A stretch of 64,000 bases of DNA, from positions 233,569-297,568 of the forward strand of contig JBPOHV010000001.1 of assembly GCA_052035175.1 (NCBI GenBank), written 5' to 3'. Positions 9,009 to 19,349 of the stretch are shown here, piece by piece. The notes under the pieces are model-generated. The model was not told the origin of the DNA. It made no database searches and worked only from the letters and a program-made list of their open reading frames with translations. Source of the DNA: a candidate division WWE3 bacterium (lineage in GTDB: Bacteria; Patescibacteriota; WWE3; UBA101185; UBA10185). The position numbers and the translations under genes were made by a program. The stretch's first letter is position 1, and every line of letters starts with the position of its first letter.

Positions 9009-9677
9009 ATGCATAAACAAAACGGTTTTTTTGGAATTGTTTTGACTTTGGGTTTGGTACTCGTAGCTATTGTTGTGCTTATGTTTACAAATCCTTTGAA
9101 GCTCAAGCAAGATGCCAAAGAACTTGCAGACCAAGCAAACTTGAACAAACCAGACTCAGTTGATCTATCAATGCCTTCAGATTTGAATTTACAAATAACC
9201 CCCTCTGGTGCTTTTACTTTGGTTAAAAATGTAAATTATAAATTTTCTGTACAACTACCTTCTAGCTATACAATCTCAGGAAATGCAGAAAACTTTGCGG
9301 TGTCTACAAAGGGTGATATGTCTGCACCAGAAGGCACTCCAGATTTACTAGATTTCGCCAGTCTTCATTTTAGAATTCTTCCATTAGAAGCTCCATCAGT
9401 GTATGCACAAGCAAGGCGAGATTACATATCACAAACTGAGATAATGAGTGAAAAGCCTTTGGATACTACAAAAGAAGTTCTAACTGTGTCTTTAGGAGGT
9501 ATTAGTAGTTATACGTTCGACTGCCCATTTTTGGTAGAGCAAGTTTGTTATTATGTACCTTTGAAAGATGATACCAGTCACTATTTGTTAATACTGAAAT
9601 CATTTTCTGATGATGCAAATAGAGGTTACGATAAAGCACTCAAGTCTATACTTTCTTCGTTCAGTTATATGAATTAG
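9009..9677 (+). CDS. membrane-anchored hypothetical protein (PsbP-like)
   Basis: N-terminal TM, YKFSVQLP and ILSSFSY C-terminus. Confidence 0.6.
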   Translation: MHKQNGFFGIVLTLGLVLVAIVVLMFTNPLKLKQDAKELADQANLNKPDSVDLSMPSDLNLQITPSGAFTLVKNVNYKFSVQLPSSYTISGNAENFAVSTKGDMSAPEGTPDLLDFASLHFRILPLEAPSVYAQARRDYISQTEIMSEKPLDTTKEVLTVSLGGISSYTFDCPFLVEQVCYYVPLKDDTSHYLLILKSFSDDANRGYDKALKSILSSFSYMN

Positions 9678-9732
9678 CCCTATTGGTTGTAGTAGTAGGT
9701 AAAATCGCCAAACCAGGGTATAATTGTGCCCT

Positions 9733-11556
9733 ATGAGTATTCGTAATGTAGCCATAATTGCGCACGTAGACCACGGAAAGACCACTTTGGTAGATGGTTT
9801 ATTGAAGCAATCCCATACTTTTCGTGAGAACGAAGCCTTGATGAGCCAGGATCTTATAATGGATTCAAACGACCAAGAACGCGAGAGAGGCATTACAATT
9901 TTGGCAAAAAACACAGCGGTTACGTATAAAGGAGTCAAAATCAACATAGTCGATACTCCAGGACACGCCGATTTTAGTGGAGAAGTAGAGCGTACTTTGA
10001 ATATGGCTGATGGTGTTTTACTATTGGTCGATGCTCAAGAAGGTCCAATGCCACAAACCAGGTTTGTTTTGAAAAAAGCTTTGGAAGCCGACCTCAAAGT
10101 CATTGTTGTTATAAACAAAATAGACAAACCAAATGCGCGAATCGAAAATACAATTCATCGTTTATCAGATTTATTTTTAGATTTAGCTACAAAAGAAAGC
10201 CAGCTAGAATTTCCTATTATTTATGCAATCGGTCGTGAAGGTAAAGCTTGGTTAACCTTGCCAGAAGATTTTGCAGCACCTGGCGATTTGACAGATATTT
10301 TTGAGGCAATTCTTCAGTACATACCAGAGCCAAATATTGATAACGACGCAGATTTTCAGATGTTGGTAGCAGCATTAGATTGGGATAACCACAAAGGAAA
10401 ATATATTATTGGCAAAATAAACAGGGGAACTATACATCCCAAAGATAAACTAACTTTATTAAAACCAGATGCAAAACCCGAAGAAGTTTTGGTAGATAAG
10501 ATTTATGTAAACCAAGGCCTTAAAAGAGTGGAAGCCCCAGCTGGGATTTCTGGGGATATTGTCGCTATAACTGGTGTCGACAATGCAGATATTGGAGATA
10601 CTGTAGCTGCAGGAAATACCCCAGTGGCATTGCCTACAATTAAAATTGCAGAACCAACCATGAGCATCTCTGTAGGTCCAAATACATCGCCATTCAAAGG
10701 AACAGAAGGGTCACAATTTAATGGTAGTCAAATACAAAAAAGAATAATGAAAGAGTTGCAAACTAATGTAGCAATGAAATGTACGATAAGTGAAGATAAT
10801 AAATTTATTTTATCAGGACGAGGCGAATTACATTTATCTGTATTTTTAGAAACATTAAGAAGAGAAGGGTTTGAGATCGAAGTTGGTAAACCCAAAGTTA
10901 TAACCAAAGTGATCGATGGCGTAAAGATGGAACCAGTTGAAGAATATACAATTGATGTAGCCACAGAGTATCTTGGCGCTGTAAATGGCGAACTCGGTAA
11001 ACGTAGTGGTATTTTGGTAAATCAAGAAGATACAACTCCAGGATATTCACGACTTGCCTTTGAAGTAAAAACTCGAAATGCATTGGGATTAAATAGTGCA
11101 TTGCTTACACTTACAAAAGGTACCAGTACAGTGAGCTCCACATTTTTGAGATATGCACCTGCAACTACAGAAATAAGAAATCCACGTAAAGGTGCAATTG
11201 TCGCCTCAGAAGCAGGCAAGGCCGCTCCTGTTGGTTTACGCGCAGCTCAAGAAAAAGGACCAATATTTATCGGACTTCAAACAGCAGTTTACATGGGTAT
11301 GATTGTAGGTCTTAATGGGCGTGATAATGAAATCGAAATAAATGTATGTAAAGGTAAAAACCTAGCTAACAAAACTCGTTCAAAAGGTGAAGAGGCAGTT
11401 ATCATAAACCCACACGTTGTTATGAGTTTGGAACAATGTTTAGACTTTTTGGAAGACGACGAATTGTTGGAGATTACACCTTTGAACTTACGGCTTCGCA
11501 AAAAAATACTCGACCAAACACTCAGGTATAGAGCAATAAGAAATAACGCTCAGTAA
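9733..11556 (+). CDS. typA: translational GTPase TypA/BipA
   Basis: AHVDHGKTT, RGITI, DTPGH, NKID and GRGELHL; start placed at ATG 9733 after a TATAAT box. Confidence 0.95.
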   Translation: MSIRNVAIIAHVDHGKTTLVDGLLKQSHTFRENEALMSQDLIMDSNDQERERGITILAKNTAVTYKGVKINIVDTPGHADFSGEVERTLNMADGVLLLVDAQEGPMPQTRFVLKKALEADLKVIVVINKIDKPNARIENTIHRLSDLFLDLATKESQLEFPIIYAIGREGKAWLTLPEDFAAPGDLTDIFEAILQYIPEPNIDNDADFQMLVAALDWDNHKGKYIIGKINRGTIHPKDKLTLLKPDAKPEEVLVDKIYVNQGLKRVEAPAGISGDIVAITGVDNADIGDTVAAGNTPVALPTIKIAEPTMSISVGPNTSPFKGTEGSQFNGSQIQKRIMKELQTNVAMKCTISEDNKFILSGRGELHLSVFLETLRREGFEIEVGKPKVITKVIDGVKMEPVEEYTIDVATEYLGAVNGELGKRSGILVNQEDTTPGYSRLAFEVKTRNALGLNSALLTLTKGTSTVSSTFLRYAPATTEIRNPRKGAIVASEAGKAAPVGLRAAQEKGPIFIGLQTAVYMGMIVGLNGRDNEIEINVCKGKNLANKTRSKGEEAVIINPHVVMSLEQCLDFLEDDELLEITPLNLRLRKKILDQTLRYRAIRNNAQ

Positions 11557-11570
11557 AGTTAACCTACTTT

Positions 11571-14087
11571 TTAGTCACGTCCTAAGTATTTGTAATAAAG
11601 TGTTTTTACCGTTTCTGTAGACACAAAATATCCGCAGACAATCATAAAAATAAACATAAAATCTTTTGTGCTTGGCGGTGTAAATGAAAAGACTTGAGAA
11701 CCCAATTTTGTAAGCGGAATAAATATAGTTGCTACTGCAGCTGTTACTGTTAGTATAATGATCTGAAGAGATGGGCGCACTTTAGCTTTGAAAGCACTCA
11801 ATCGCGTGCGAATAGAATATATCAGAACTAACTCAGTGAGTATTGATCCTATAAACCAGTTTGTCTGTAAGTGTTGATTACTTCCGTATCTAAAGATAGC
11901 GAACATCATAAAATCAAAACATGTACTAACCAAACCTAAAATTGTTGCTAGCAATACCATGTCGCGTATATCATAGCTTTTAGGATTTCTTAGCTCTTCA
12001 TGTTCGACATTATCTGTAGCAATAGCAGTCATAGGAAAGTCAGATAATAAATTCACCAGCAAAATTTGTACAGGTAGCATTGGAAGATAGTCTATTAAAA
12101 AGGTTGCAAATGCCATTGCATAAAAGTTTCCAAAATTAGAGGCTAATGTTGCTTTAATATAATTTGTAACATTGATAAATGTTTTTCGACCCTCTTCAAT
12201 ACCATCAACAATGACTTGCAAATTATTCTCCAACAAAACTACGTCGGCGACTTCTTTTGAAATATCTGCCGCAGTATTTACAGCTATTGCAACTCCAGCT
12301 ACTTTTAGCGCTGGTGCATCGTTTATGCCGTCTCCAAGATAGCCTACTTCGTATTTCTTTTGAAGTAGTTCTATAATCTGATATTTCATTTCAGGTGATA
12401 CTCGTGCAAAAACATTTATCGATTCTAATACTTGATATTTTTCAGTAATGTTTAGTTTGTCAAAGCTTTCTCCTGTAATCACATCTTCAGGCGAAGTTGC
12501 TATTCCTACGTTATATGCAACTGCACCAGCAACTTCGGCGCTGTCTCCGGTTATAATTTTTACTTTTATTCCAAGCCGTTCGGCTTTATCAATTGCTGGT
12601 TTGGTAGTTTCTTTTATCGGGTCAAAAAAAGATATTAGCCCAACCAATTGTAAATTAGCTAAATCATCTTTTGCAGTATATTCATCGAAGTTCCACTCTT
12701 TTTCTGCGATAGCAATGACGCGTTTTCCTTGTTTGCCTTGAGTTGATGTCCAAGAGTTTAGGGGTTCCATCAAATCTTTTGGTGCATTTTGCAAATGTTT
12801 ATAAATAATCTCAGCTGCCCCACGTACTATTATTTTATTATTACCTTTATCACTTATAAGCACACTGTTTATACGGCGTTTTGGGTTGAATGGGATCTCA
12901 AAGACTCTTTTGTACGTTTTGATAGTTGCTAATGCAGTTTTGTTGATTTTATTATAAATTGCGAGGTCGAATGAATTATTTGTAGTTTTAATATTATCAA
13001 CAAGTTCAGCACCGAGTAATCCATAAAGCAAAGTCTTTTCTGGGTTTTCCGAAAAGATGTCTGATACACTAAGCTCATTTTTTGTAATTGTGCCTGTTTT
13101 ATCTGTACACAGTATCTGAATACTACCCATGTCTTCTATAGAACTTAGTCGTTTGACGACAACTTTCTTTTTTGCAAGCTTGGCAGCTCCCATAGATAAA
13201 GAAAATGTTGTAACAAGCGGCATTGCTTCTGGTATGACTCCGACAGCTAGTGCAATAGAAAATATAATTAAATCGGTAGAGCTGACTGTTTGTTTAAACA
13301 ACAAATGCGTGCTTATTACTAGAAGTAATGTGGCCGTAGTGAGAATAAGGATAAACTTACTAAACTTATTTATTTGTTTTTCAAAACTACTTGTGTCTTG
13401 TGTTTCTGTGGTAAGTTTTGTAATTTTTCCGAACTCAGTATCATTACCAACAGCAACAACTATTCCATAAGCCTTTCCTTCTAAGACAGTTGTTCCTGCA
13501 AATACAATATTAGTAGCTTTGTACATAGAACTAATTTCGTGTTTGCTAGGTTCATCAGTTTTTTTAATATGTATTGACTCTCCTGTTAATGTAGATTCGT
13601 CTATCAGAATGTTGTTGTTTTTTATAATTCTTATATCAGCTGGAACTATATCTCCAGTTTCAATGATAACCAAATCTCCTGGGACAAGCTCTTTAGTATT
13701 AATCAGCTGCGGGTTTCCTTCACGTATTACGTTAGCCATTTTTACTATATATTTCTTGAGATACTTTAAAGTCTTTTCAGATTTATATTCCTGAAAAAAC
13801 CCTAGAAGGACATTTATAATAACGAAAGATAATACCAAAGACCCGTCGATCCATTCTTTCAATGAAAACGAAATCACACTAGCGCCTAGCAATAAGTAAA
13901 CAAAAGCAGATCTAAATTGTCTTATCAAAATATGCCACCATTTTGTTTCTGCCATTTCTGTATAGACATTACCGAGAGCCTTGAGTCTGTTAGCTGCTTC
14001 TAAGGCGGTCAAACCCTTTGTAATAGATGTATTTAAACTGCGTTCGAGCTGAGTATTTGTGAGTGTTGTAAATTTTGAAACCCTCAT
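11571..14087 (-). CDS. P-type cation-transporting ATPase, MgtA-like
   Basis: TGES, PEAMP, DKTGT, TGD and GDGINDAP; the SNFGN motif is MgtA-like. Confidence 0.85.
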   Translation of the reverse strand: MRVSKFTTLTNTQLERSLNTSITKGLTALEAANRLKALGNVYTEMAETKWWHILIRQFRSAFVYLLLGASVISFSLKEWIDGSLVLSFVIINVLLGFFQEYKSEKTLKYLKKYIVKMANVIREGNPQLINTKELVPGDLVIIETGDIVPADIRIIKNNNILIDESTLTGESIHIKKTDEPSKHEISSMYKATNIVFAGTTVLEGKAYGIVVAVGNDTEFGKITKLTTETQDTSSFEKQINKFSKFILILTTATLLLVISTHLLFKQTVSSTDLIIFSIALAVGVIPEAMPLVTTFSLSMGAAKLAKKKVVVKRLSSIEDMGSIQILCTDKTGTITKNELSVSDIFSENPEKTLLYGLLGAELVDNIKTTNNSFDLAIYNKINKTALATIKTYKRVFEIPFNPKRRINSVLISDKGNNKIIVRGAAEIIYKHLQNAPKDLMEPLNSWTSTQGKQGKRVIAIAEKEWNFDEYTAKDDLANLQLVGLISFFDPIKETTKPAIDKAERLGIKVKIITGDSAEVAGAVAYNVGIATSPEDVITGESFDKLNITEKYQVLESINVFARVSPEMKYQIIELLQKKYEVGYLGDGINDAPALKVAGVAIAVNTAADISKEVADVVLLENNLQVIVDGIEEGRKTFINVTNYIKATLASNFGNFYAMAFATFLIDYLPMLPVQILLVNLLSDFPMTAIATDNVEHEELRNPKSYDIRDMVLLATILGLVSTCFDFMMFAIFRYGSNQHLQTNWFIGSILTELVLIYSIRTRLSAFKAKVRPSLQIIILTVTAAVATIFIPLTKLGSQVFSFTPPSTKDFMFIFMIVCGYFVSTETVKTLYYKYLGRD

Positions 14088-14157
14088 ATTTTAATTATAC
14101 CTTTCTTCATTTGTATGGACTATTTAGACTTTATGAAAATGATAGTATCATTAATAT

Positions 14158-14616
14158 ATGAAAGTCCTGATTTCTTACGCTTCAAACTCAGGTAGTACTT
14201 ATCTTGTTTCACAGTTAATCAAAGAAACTTTGGTTGCTTTGCGACATGATGTAGTTTTACAAAAGTCCTTAGATACACAAGTCAAAGATGTTATAAATGC
14301 TGATGTTTGGTTAGTAGGTTCACCTAGCTGGAAAGTGAACAATAAAGAAGGTCAACCCCATGAAGATATCTTAGAGATGATGTCACGACTAAAAGATCAA
14401 AACCTAGACAAAAAAAAGGTAGCGCTATTTGGATGCGGTGATAGCGCATATTTAACTTTTTGCGGTGCAGTAGATGAACTCGAACTATTTATAAAAAAGG
14501 TTAATGCACATCAGCTTGTTCCATCTTTAAAAATTGATGGATTTTATTTTGATATCGAAACAAATAGTAAGAAAACAAAAGCATGGGCGACTGTTTTATC
14601 TGAAATGTTCAAGTAA
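14158..14616 (+). CDS. flavodoxin
   Basis: YASNSGST FMN loop, GSPSW and FGCGDSAY..FCGAVD. Confidence 0.9.
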   Translation: MKVLISYASNSGSTYLVSQLIKETLVALRHDVVLQKSLDTQVKDVINADVWLVGSPSWKVNNKEGQPHEDILEMMSRLKDQNLDKKKVALFGCGDSAYLTFCGAVDELELFIKKVNAHQLVPSLKIDGFYFDIETNSKKTKAWATVLSEMFK

Positions 14617-15453
14617 GTCTGATATATCTCTTTTTGATTCTTTCAAGTCTATCAAAGTTGTATCTTTTGTTTGAGTAATTTGTTCTTCGTAAGTAGGTTT
14701 TTGCACTTGATAAAAAATTCCTACTGGTATTTTACCTAAATCCCACTCTAGACTTTTTGCAAATGCAGCGGCTTTATCTGTTTTGTCGTGTTGTTTATCT
14801 AAATAATAAATATTTTTTTGATAAAAGTTGTGTGTATACATACTGTTAAAGGTTACGCATGGTTGCAAAACATCTACTATGGCAAATCCTTTGTGGTGAT
14901 TTGCTTGGACAAAGATATTTTGTAAAGTTTCTATATCTCCAGAGTAAGCTCGTGCGACAAATGTTGCTCCAGAGGCAATAGCTAAACTAAGTGGTGACAG
15001 TGGTTCTTCAAAGTTTCCTGCCGGAGTGGATTTTGATTTAAACCCATGGGGTGATCTTGGCGAAGTTTGTCCAGTAGTCAACCCGTATATTGCATTGTCG
15101 TGCAATACTAAGGTTATATCGTGATTGCGTCTGCATGTATGAATAAAATGATTTCCACCTTCTGATAGACAATCACCATCACCAGAAAAAATAAAAATAT
15201 TGAGCTTCGAATTTGCCATTTTCATGCCGCTAGCTACTGGGAGTGATCTTCCATGTAAACCTTCAAATGTGCTAAATTCTAAAAAATTAGAAATATGCCC
15301 ATGACAGCCTATACCTGCAAATGCAACTGTATTAGTTGCGTCCCATTTTTCTGCTTTAGCTGCTTGTAAAAACGCAGTCCATATTGCAAAATTTCCACAG
15401 CCTGGACACCAGTTGAGTGTATTTGGTGTTTTTAGATTTTCTGTAATGCTCAT
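14596..15453 (-). CDS. 2-oxoacid:ferredoxin oxidoreductase beta subunit
   Basis: WCPGCG, GIGC, GDGD...DN TPP motif, YGLTTGQ; start at MSITENL overlapping the alpha stop. Confidence 0.92.
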   Translation of the reverse strand: MSITENLKTPNTLNWCPGCGNFAIWTAFLQAAKAEKWDATNTVAFAGIGCHGHISNFLEFSTFEGLHGRSLPVASGMKMANSKLNIFIFSGDGDCLSEGGNHFIHTCRRNHDITLVLHDNAIYGLTTGQTSPRSPHGFKSKSTPAGNFEEPLSPLSLAIASGATFVARAYSGDIETLQNIFVQANHHKGFAIVDVLQPCVTFNSMYTHNFYQKNIYYLDKQHDKTDKAAAFAKSLEWDLGKIPVGIFYQVQKPTYEEQITQTKDTTLIDLKESKRDISDLLEHFR

Positions 15454-17162
15454 AACTGATTTATCCTTTCTATTATTTCTTCTGGGTAAAATGGTCTTCC
15501 GTCGTATTTGTTTATAGAGTGTTCTATATTTATTAATGTTTTTTCTTTTAATAAGCCAAGCATCTGCATCGAATAATTGCATTCAATATTGATTATTCTT
15601 TTTGCTTTCTTAAGTATCTGTGTAACTTGCTCTGTCGGAAATGGGTTTATCCAGGTTAAATGCAAATAATTAGTATTTTTCAAATCTTTTAAAGCTTCGA
15701 TAATAGGTCCTTTATTACTACCCCACGATACAATAGTTGTATCTGCTTCTTGTGGTCCATAGAGAATGGGGGATTGCATATCTTCTATTTCACAAGTCTC
15801 CAATTTTTTCATGCGTTTGTGCATTTGCAAGTTTCTTGTTTCTATATCTTCGGTAGAGTATCCTTTTTCGTTGTGTTCGTCAGAGTTGGCCATTACGATA
15901 TTGCCAGATCCTGGAATCGACCGTTGAGAAATTCCGTTGTCGTTCAAGTTATACCTTTTGTAATCCTTAAGAATTTTTGTTGTGTAATTGCCTCTATCAT
16001 ATTTGTATTGTTCGTATTCAAATTCTTTAACGCTCATATGACTTTCGCATACGTATTTGTCTACTATAACAACTACAGGTGTTTGATACTTGTCGGCGAG
16101 GTTGAATGCTTGCATAGCTAAATGAAAACATTCTTCTATATCACCCGCGGCGAGTATAATTCTTGGAAAATCACCTTGGTGCGCATGCAAAATAAATCTA
16201 AGATCTCCTTGTTCTGTCCATGTTGGTAGACCAGTTGCAGGAGCTCCACGCATGCCTTCGATAATTACGACAGGCGTTTCTGTTATACCTGCTAGTCCAT
16301 AACCCTCGCTCATCAAGCAAAACCCACCCCCAGAAGTTGCTACCATCGATCTTGCTCCAGCATATGATGCCCCAATTGCCATATTAATTGCACTTATTTC
16401 GTCTTCTGGTTGTTTGTATACAAAATTATATTTTTCTTGAAGTGGTGCAAGTATATGCAAAATATTTGATGTCGGTGTCATTGGGTAAATTGCTGCAAAT
16501 TTCATACCAGCAGCAATCGCTCCCAAAGCTATGGCTTCGTTTCCAGTTATGACTATTTGTTTATTTTTATTGTCTCGAGTTTCTAGATTTGTATTTATCT
16601 TGCTTTTATAATTATCGATAATATACTTGTAACCCAATTCGCATGCCAACATGTTGATGTTTAGGACCTCTTCATTCTTATTGTTTAGTTCTTCTTTTAT
16701 CAAATCTTTCAATATGTGTAGGTTACTACTTGTCAATGCCACAAGCGCTCCAACTGCAATCGTATTTCTCATTATGTAGCTGCCTTTGATACTTTTGACC
16801 ATATCAATCAGAGGTATTGCGATGATATTTACATTTTGATTTACTTTGTCTGTATTAATAGGTTGATTACTGTCATAAATAAGGTAGCTATTTTTTGTCA
16901 GTTCATGTGCATGCAAATCAATTGTTTCTTGGTTTAGCGCAATAAGTATATCTGTGGATTTAAATTGAGAGCACACCTGATTAGTTGAAACTGAAATTTG
17001 CATTACGTTATGTCCGCCGCGAATTAAGGATGGGTATTCCGTATAGTCAAATATATGATATCCAGATCTTGTAGCAATTTTTGAAATTAGTAGACCGGCT
17101 GACATTACGCCGGCACCAGCTTCTCCTCCTACTTTTATTGTTTGGGCAGTATTCATTGTCAT
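15450..17162 (-). CDS. 2-oxoacid:ferredoxin oxidoreductase alpha subunit (gamma-alpha fusion)
   Basis: GGEAGAG, EYPSLIRGGH, YPMTP, EDEI and TSGGG. Confidence 0.93.
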   Translation of the reverse strand: MTMNTAQTIKVGGEAGAGVMSAGLLISKIATRSGYHIFDYTEYPSLIRGGHNVMQISVSTNQVCSQFKSTDILIALNQETIDLHAHELTKNSYLIYDSNQPINTDKVNQNVNIIAIPLIDMVKSIKGSYIMRNTIAVGALVALTSSNLHILKDLIKEELNNKNEEVLNINMLACELGYKYIIDNYKSKINTNLETRDNKNKQIVITGNEAIALGAIAAGMKFAAIYPMTPTSNILHILAPLQEKYNFVYKQPEDEISAINMAIGASYAGARSMVATSGGGFCLMSEGYGLAGITETPVVIIEGMRGAPATGLPTWTEQGDLRFILHAHQGDFPRIILAAGDIEECFHLAMQAFNLADKYQTPVVVIVDKYVCESHMSVKEFEYEQYKYDRGNYTTKILKDYKRYNLNDNGISQRSIPGSGNIVMANSDEHNEKGYSTEDIETRNLQMHKRMKKLETCEIEDMQSPILYGPQEADTTIVSWGSNKGPIIEALKDLKNTNYLHLTWINPFPTEQVTQILKKAKRIINIECNYSMQMLGLLKEKTLINIEHSINKYDGRPFYPEEIIERINQL

Positions 17163-17200
17163 TTTATTTTCTCATATTTTTTTCTAAAACTTCTTTTTTC

Positions 17201-19297
17201 TTATAATATGATCCTAGCATCTACAGCCCATACACCTTCAGAGTTTGCAATGAGCGGATTTATTTCGATCTCATTTATCTGCGGATACATTTCACATAAT
17301 GTTTCTAGCTTTTGTATAACACTAACAATCTCTTCTACGTCAACTTTTGGTGTATTACGGTATCCATTTAACATAGGAAATACTGGTGACTTTAAAATCA
17401 TTTGACGTATGACATCATCATTTGTGGGTAAAATTAATATTTCAGAATTTGAAAATAGCTCTGCATATATGCCTCCAGCTCCGAATAACACTGCATTGCC
17501 AAAATTTATATCTTTTTTTATACCAATGATAAGTTCTACACCTAGTATTTGTTCTTGAATGACAAAACGCATTTTGTTATCTGCTAGCATGTCTAACTGT
17601 TTTTTACTGTTAAGAAGTTCTTGGTCAGACTTAATGTTTGTAATTACTGCGTGTTTCTCGGTTTTGTGCATAATGTTTGGTGAAGCGGCTTTTAATACGA
17701 TAGGATACTTTATTTCTGGCGCAAGATTATCCAACGATATCTGTGCAAATTCTTTATTTTTATCTAAAACCACAGTTTTTGGCGTTAGTATGCCTAGGTA
17801 GCCTAATAAATTAATGTCACTGTAAAAATCTTGCTTGTTTTCAAGAAGATTAGCAATTTTAGAAAAGTTGAGTTTATCTATTTCTGAAGTATTTATTAGT
17901 GACGTAACTGTGTTTTGTTGTTGTGCAAATTGTTGCCATTTCCACATTTTAGCGATTGCATTAATAGCACGTTCGGGGAAGTTGAAAGCTGCGATTTCAT
18001 GTTCACATAAAATATCAATACCAATTTGTGTCTGTGTGCCGCCAATAAATGCGCAAACAATTGGTTTATTTGTTTTAGATTTAAAGCTGGAGAGAAGTTG
18101 TGCAGTTTTATTTATTTCTGTCATAACTTGTGGCGTAAGGATTACCAAAATAGTGTCTGCGCTTTTTTCTTCGAGAACTGCTTCTAGAGCGTCTTGATAT
18201 CTTTGTGTTATTGCATCACCTAGTATATCTACAGGATTTATAATGCTTGCTGATCTGGGTAATTTACTCATTAGAATGTCTTGTGTTTTAGTGCTTAAGC
18301 TAGCCAGTTTTAGGTCAGTTGTTTCAAGTGCGTCTGTAGAAATTACAGCTGGGCCACCTGCATTTGATATTATTGCAACATTTGGACCTTGTGGAATTTT
18401 GCTCCACGTAAATGCTTTTGATAAATCAAATAAGGTTTCTAATGTATCGCATATTATTACACCATATTGCTTCAGCGCTGCTTCGGTAATTTTTGATTCA
18501 CCTGCGATAGCTCCTGTATGAGACTGCATTGCTTTTTTTGCTCCAGCAGACTTTCCAGGCTTCAACATAAATACTGGGTGGTCAACAATTATTTTTGATA
18601 ATAGTGATAAAAACTTTTTACCGTCAGAAATCGACTCTAGATACATTCCTATAGGGGCATGTGTTGTATTAAACAGTTTATCTTTGAGCCAATATTCTAA
18701 AACATCGTTCTCAGTAATATCTGATTTATTACCTAGTGTTACAAAGTTTGAGAATCCAAAGTTATTATTTTGTGCGAAATCAAATAAACTTGATGCAATA
18801 GCACCAGATTGTGAAATAAAATGTAAAGAGCCTGCTTTTTCGGTTACAGCTCCAAATGTCGCGTTTAAATGTGCATTTGCGTTTAAAAATCCCATGCAAT
18901 TAGGTCCGAGCATGTTTATTTTATAGTGATTAATTATTTCTACAGCTTTGTTTTCAAGTATTACGCCTTCTTTTCCGATTTCTTTGAATCCAGCAGCTAG
19001 CACAATACAATTTTTGATTCCCATTTTTCCTATTTGTTCTAGTGTTGGTAGTACCAGATTTGCTGGAATTGCAAGAATCGCAAGGTCTGGTTTTTGTGGG
19101 AGAAGATCTATTGACGCATAAGTTTTAATACCCAAAATTGTAGTTGCATTTGGATTTACAAGAAAAATATCATGCTTGTATCCTGAGGCTAAGATATTTT
19201 TAAGTACAATATTGCCAATTTTTTTCTGATCTCTTGAGGCACCAACAATAGCTATTGAGTGCGGGTTAAACATTGTGTCAAGATCTCTTAAGGGCAT
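17201..19297 (-). CDS. acetate--CoA ligase (ADP-forming), fused alpha/beta
   Basis: IAIVGAS, GPNCMG, SQSG, SHTGAIAG phospho-His motif, NAGG, and a C-terminal ATP-grasp (EINP...AVDAR). Confidence 0.9.
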   Translation of the reverse strand: MPLRDLDTMFNPHSIAIVGASRDQKKIGNIVLKNILASGYKHDIFLVNPNATTILGIKTYASIDLLPQKPDLAILAIPANLVLPTLEQIGKMGIKNCIVLAAGFKEIGKEGVILENKAVEIINHYKINMLGPNCMGFLNANAHLNATFGAVTEKAGSLHFISQSGAIASSLFDFAQNNNFGFSNFVTLGNKSDITENDVLEYWLKDKLFNTTHAPIGMYLESISDGKKFLSLLSKIIVDHPVFMLKPGKSAGAKKAMQSHTGAIAGESKITEAALKQYGVIICDTLETLFDLSKAFTWSKIPQGPNVAIISNAGGPAVISTDALETTDLKLASLSTKTQDILMSKLPRSASIINPVDILGDAITQRYQDALEAVLEEKSADTILVILTPQVMTEINKTAQLLSSFKSKTNKPIVCAFIGGTQTQIGIDILCEHEIAAFNFPERAINAIAKMWKWQQFAQQQNTVTSLINTSEIDKLNFSKIANLLENKQDFYSDINLLGYLGILTPKTVVLDKNKEFAQISLDNLAPEIKYPIVLKAASPNIMHKTEKHAVITNIKSDQELLNSKKQLDMLADNKMRFVIQEQILGVELIIGIKKDINFGNAVLFGAGGIYAELFSNSEILILPTNDDVIRQMILKSPVFPMLNGYRNTPKVDVEEIVSVIQKLETLCEMYPQINEIEINPLIANSEGVWAVDARIIL

Positions 19298-19349
19298 ATA
19301 AAAAGTGTAACACGCTTATACGTTGTAGCTATATCTTTTTGCTTCAAGA

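Noticed and set aside
15454-15582. N-terminal extension of the OFOR beta ORF
   Set aside because: It overlaps the alpha gene; the ATG at 15453 fits the family start.
17164-17175. Mini-ORF ATG-AGA-AAA-TAA (minus strand) before OFOR alpha
   Set aside because: Easily arises by chance in an A-rich spacer.
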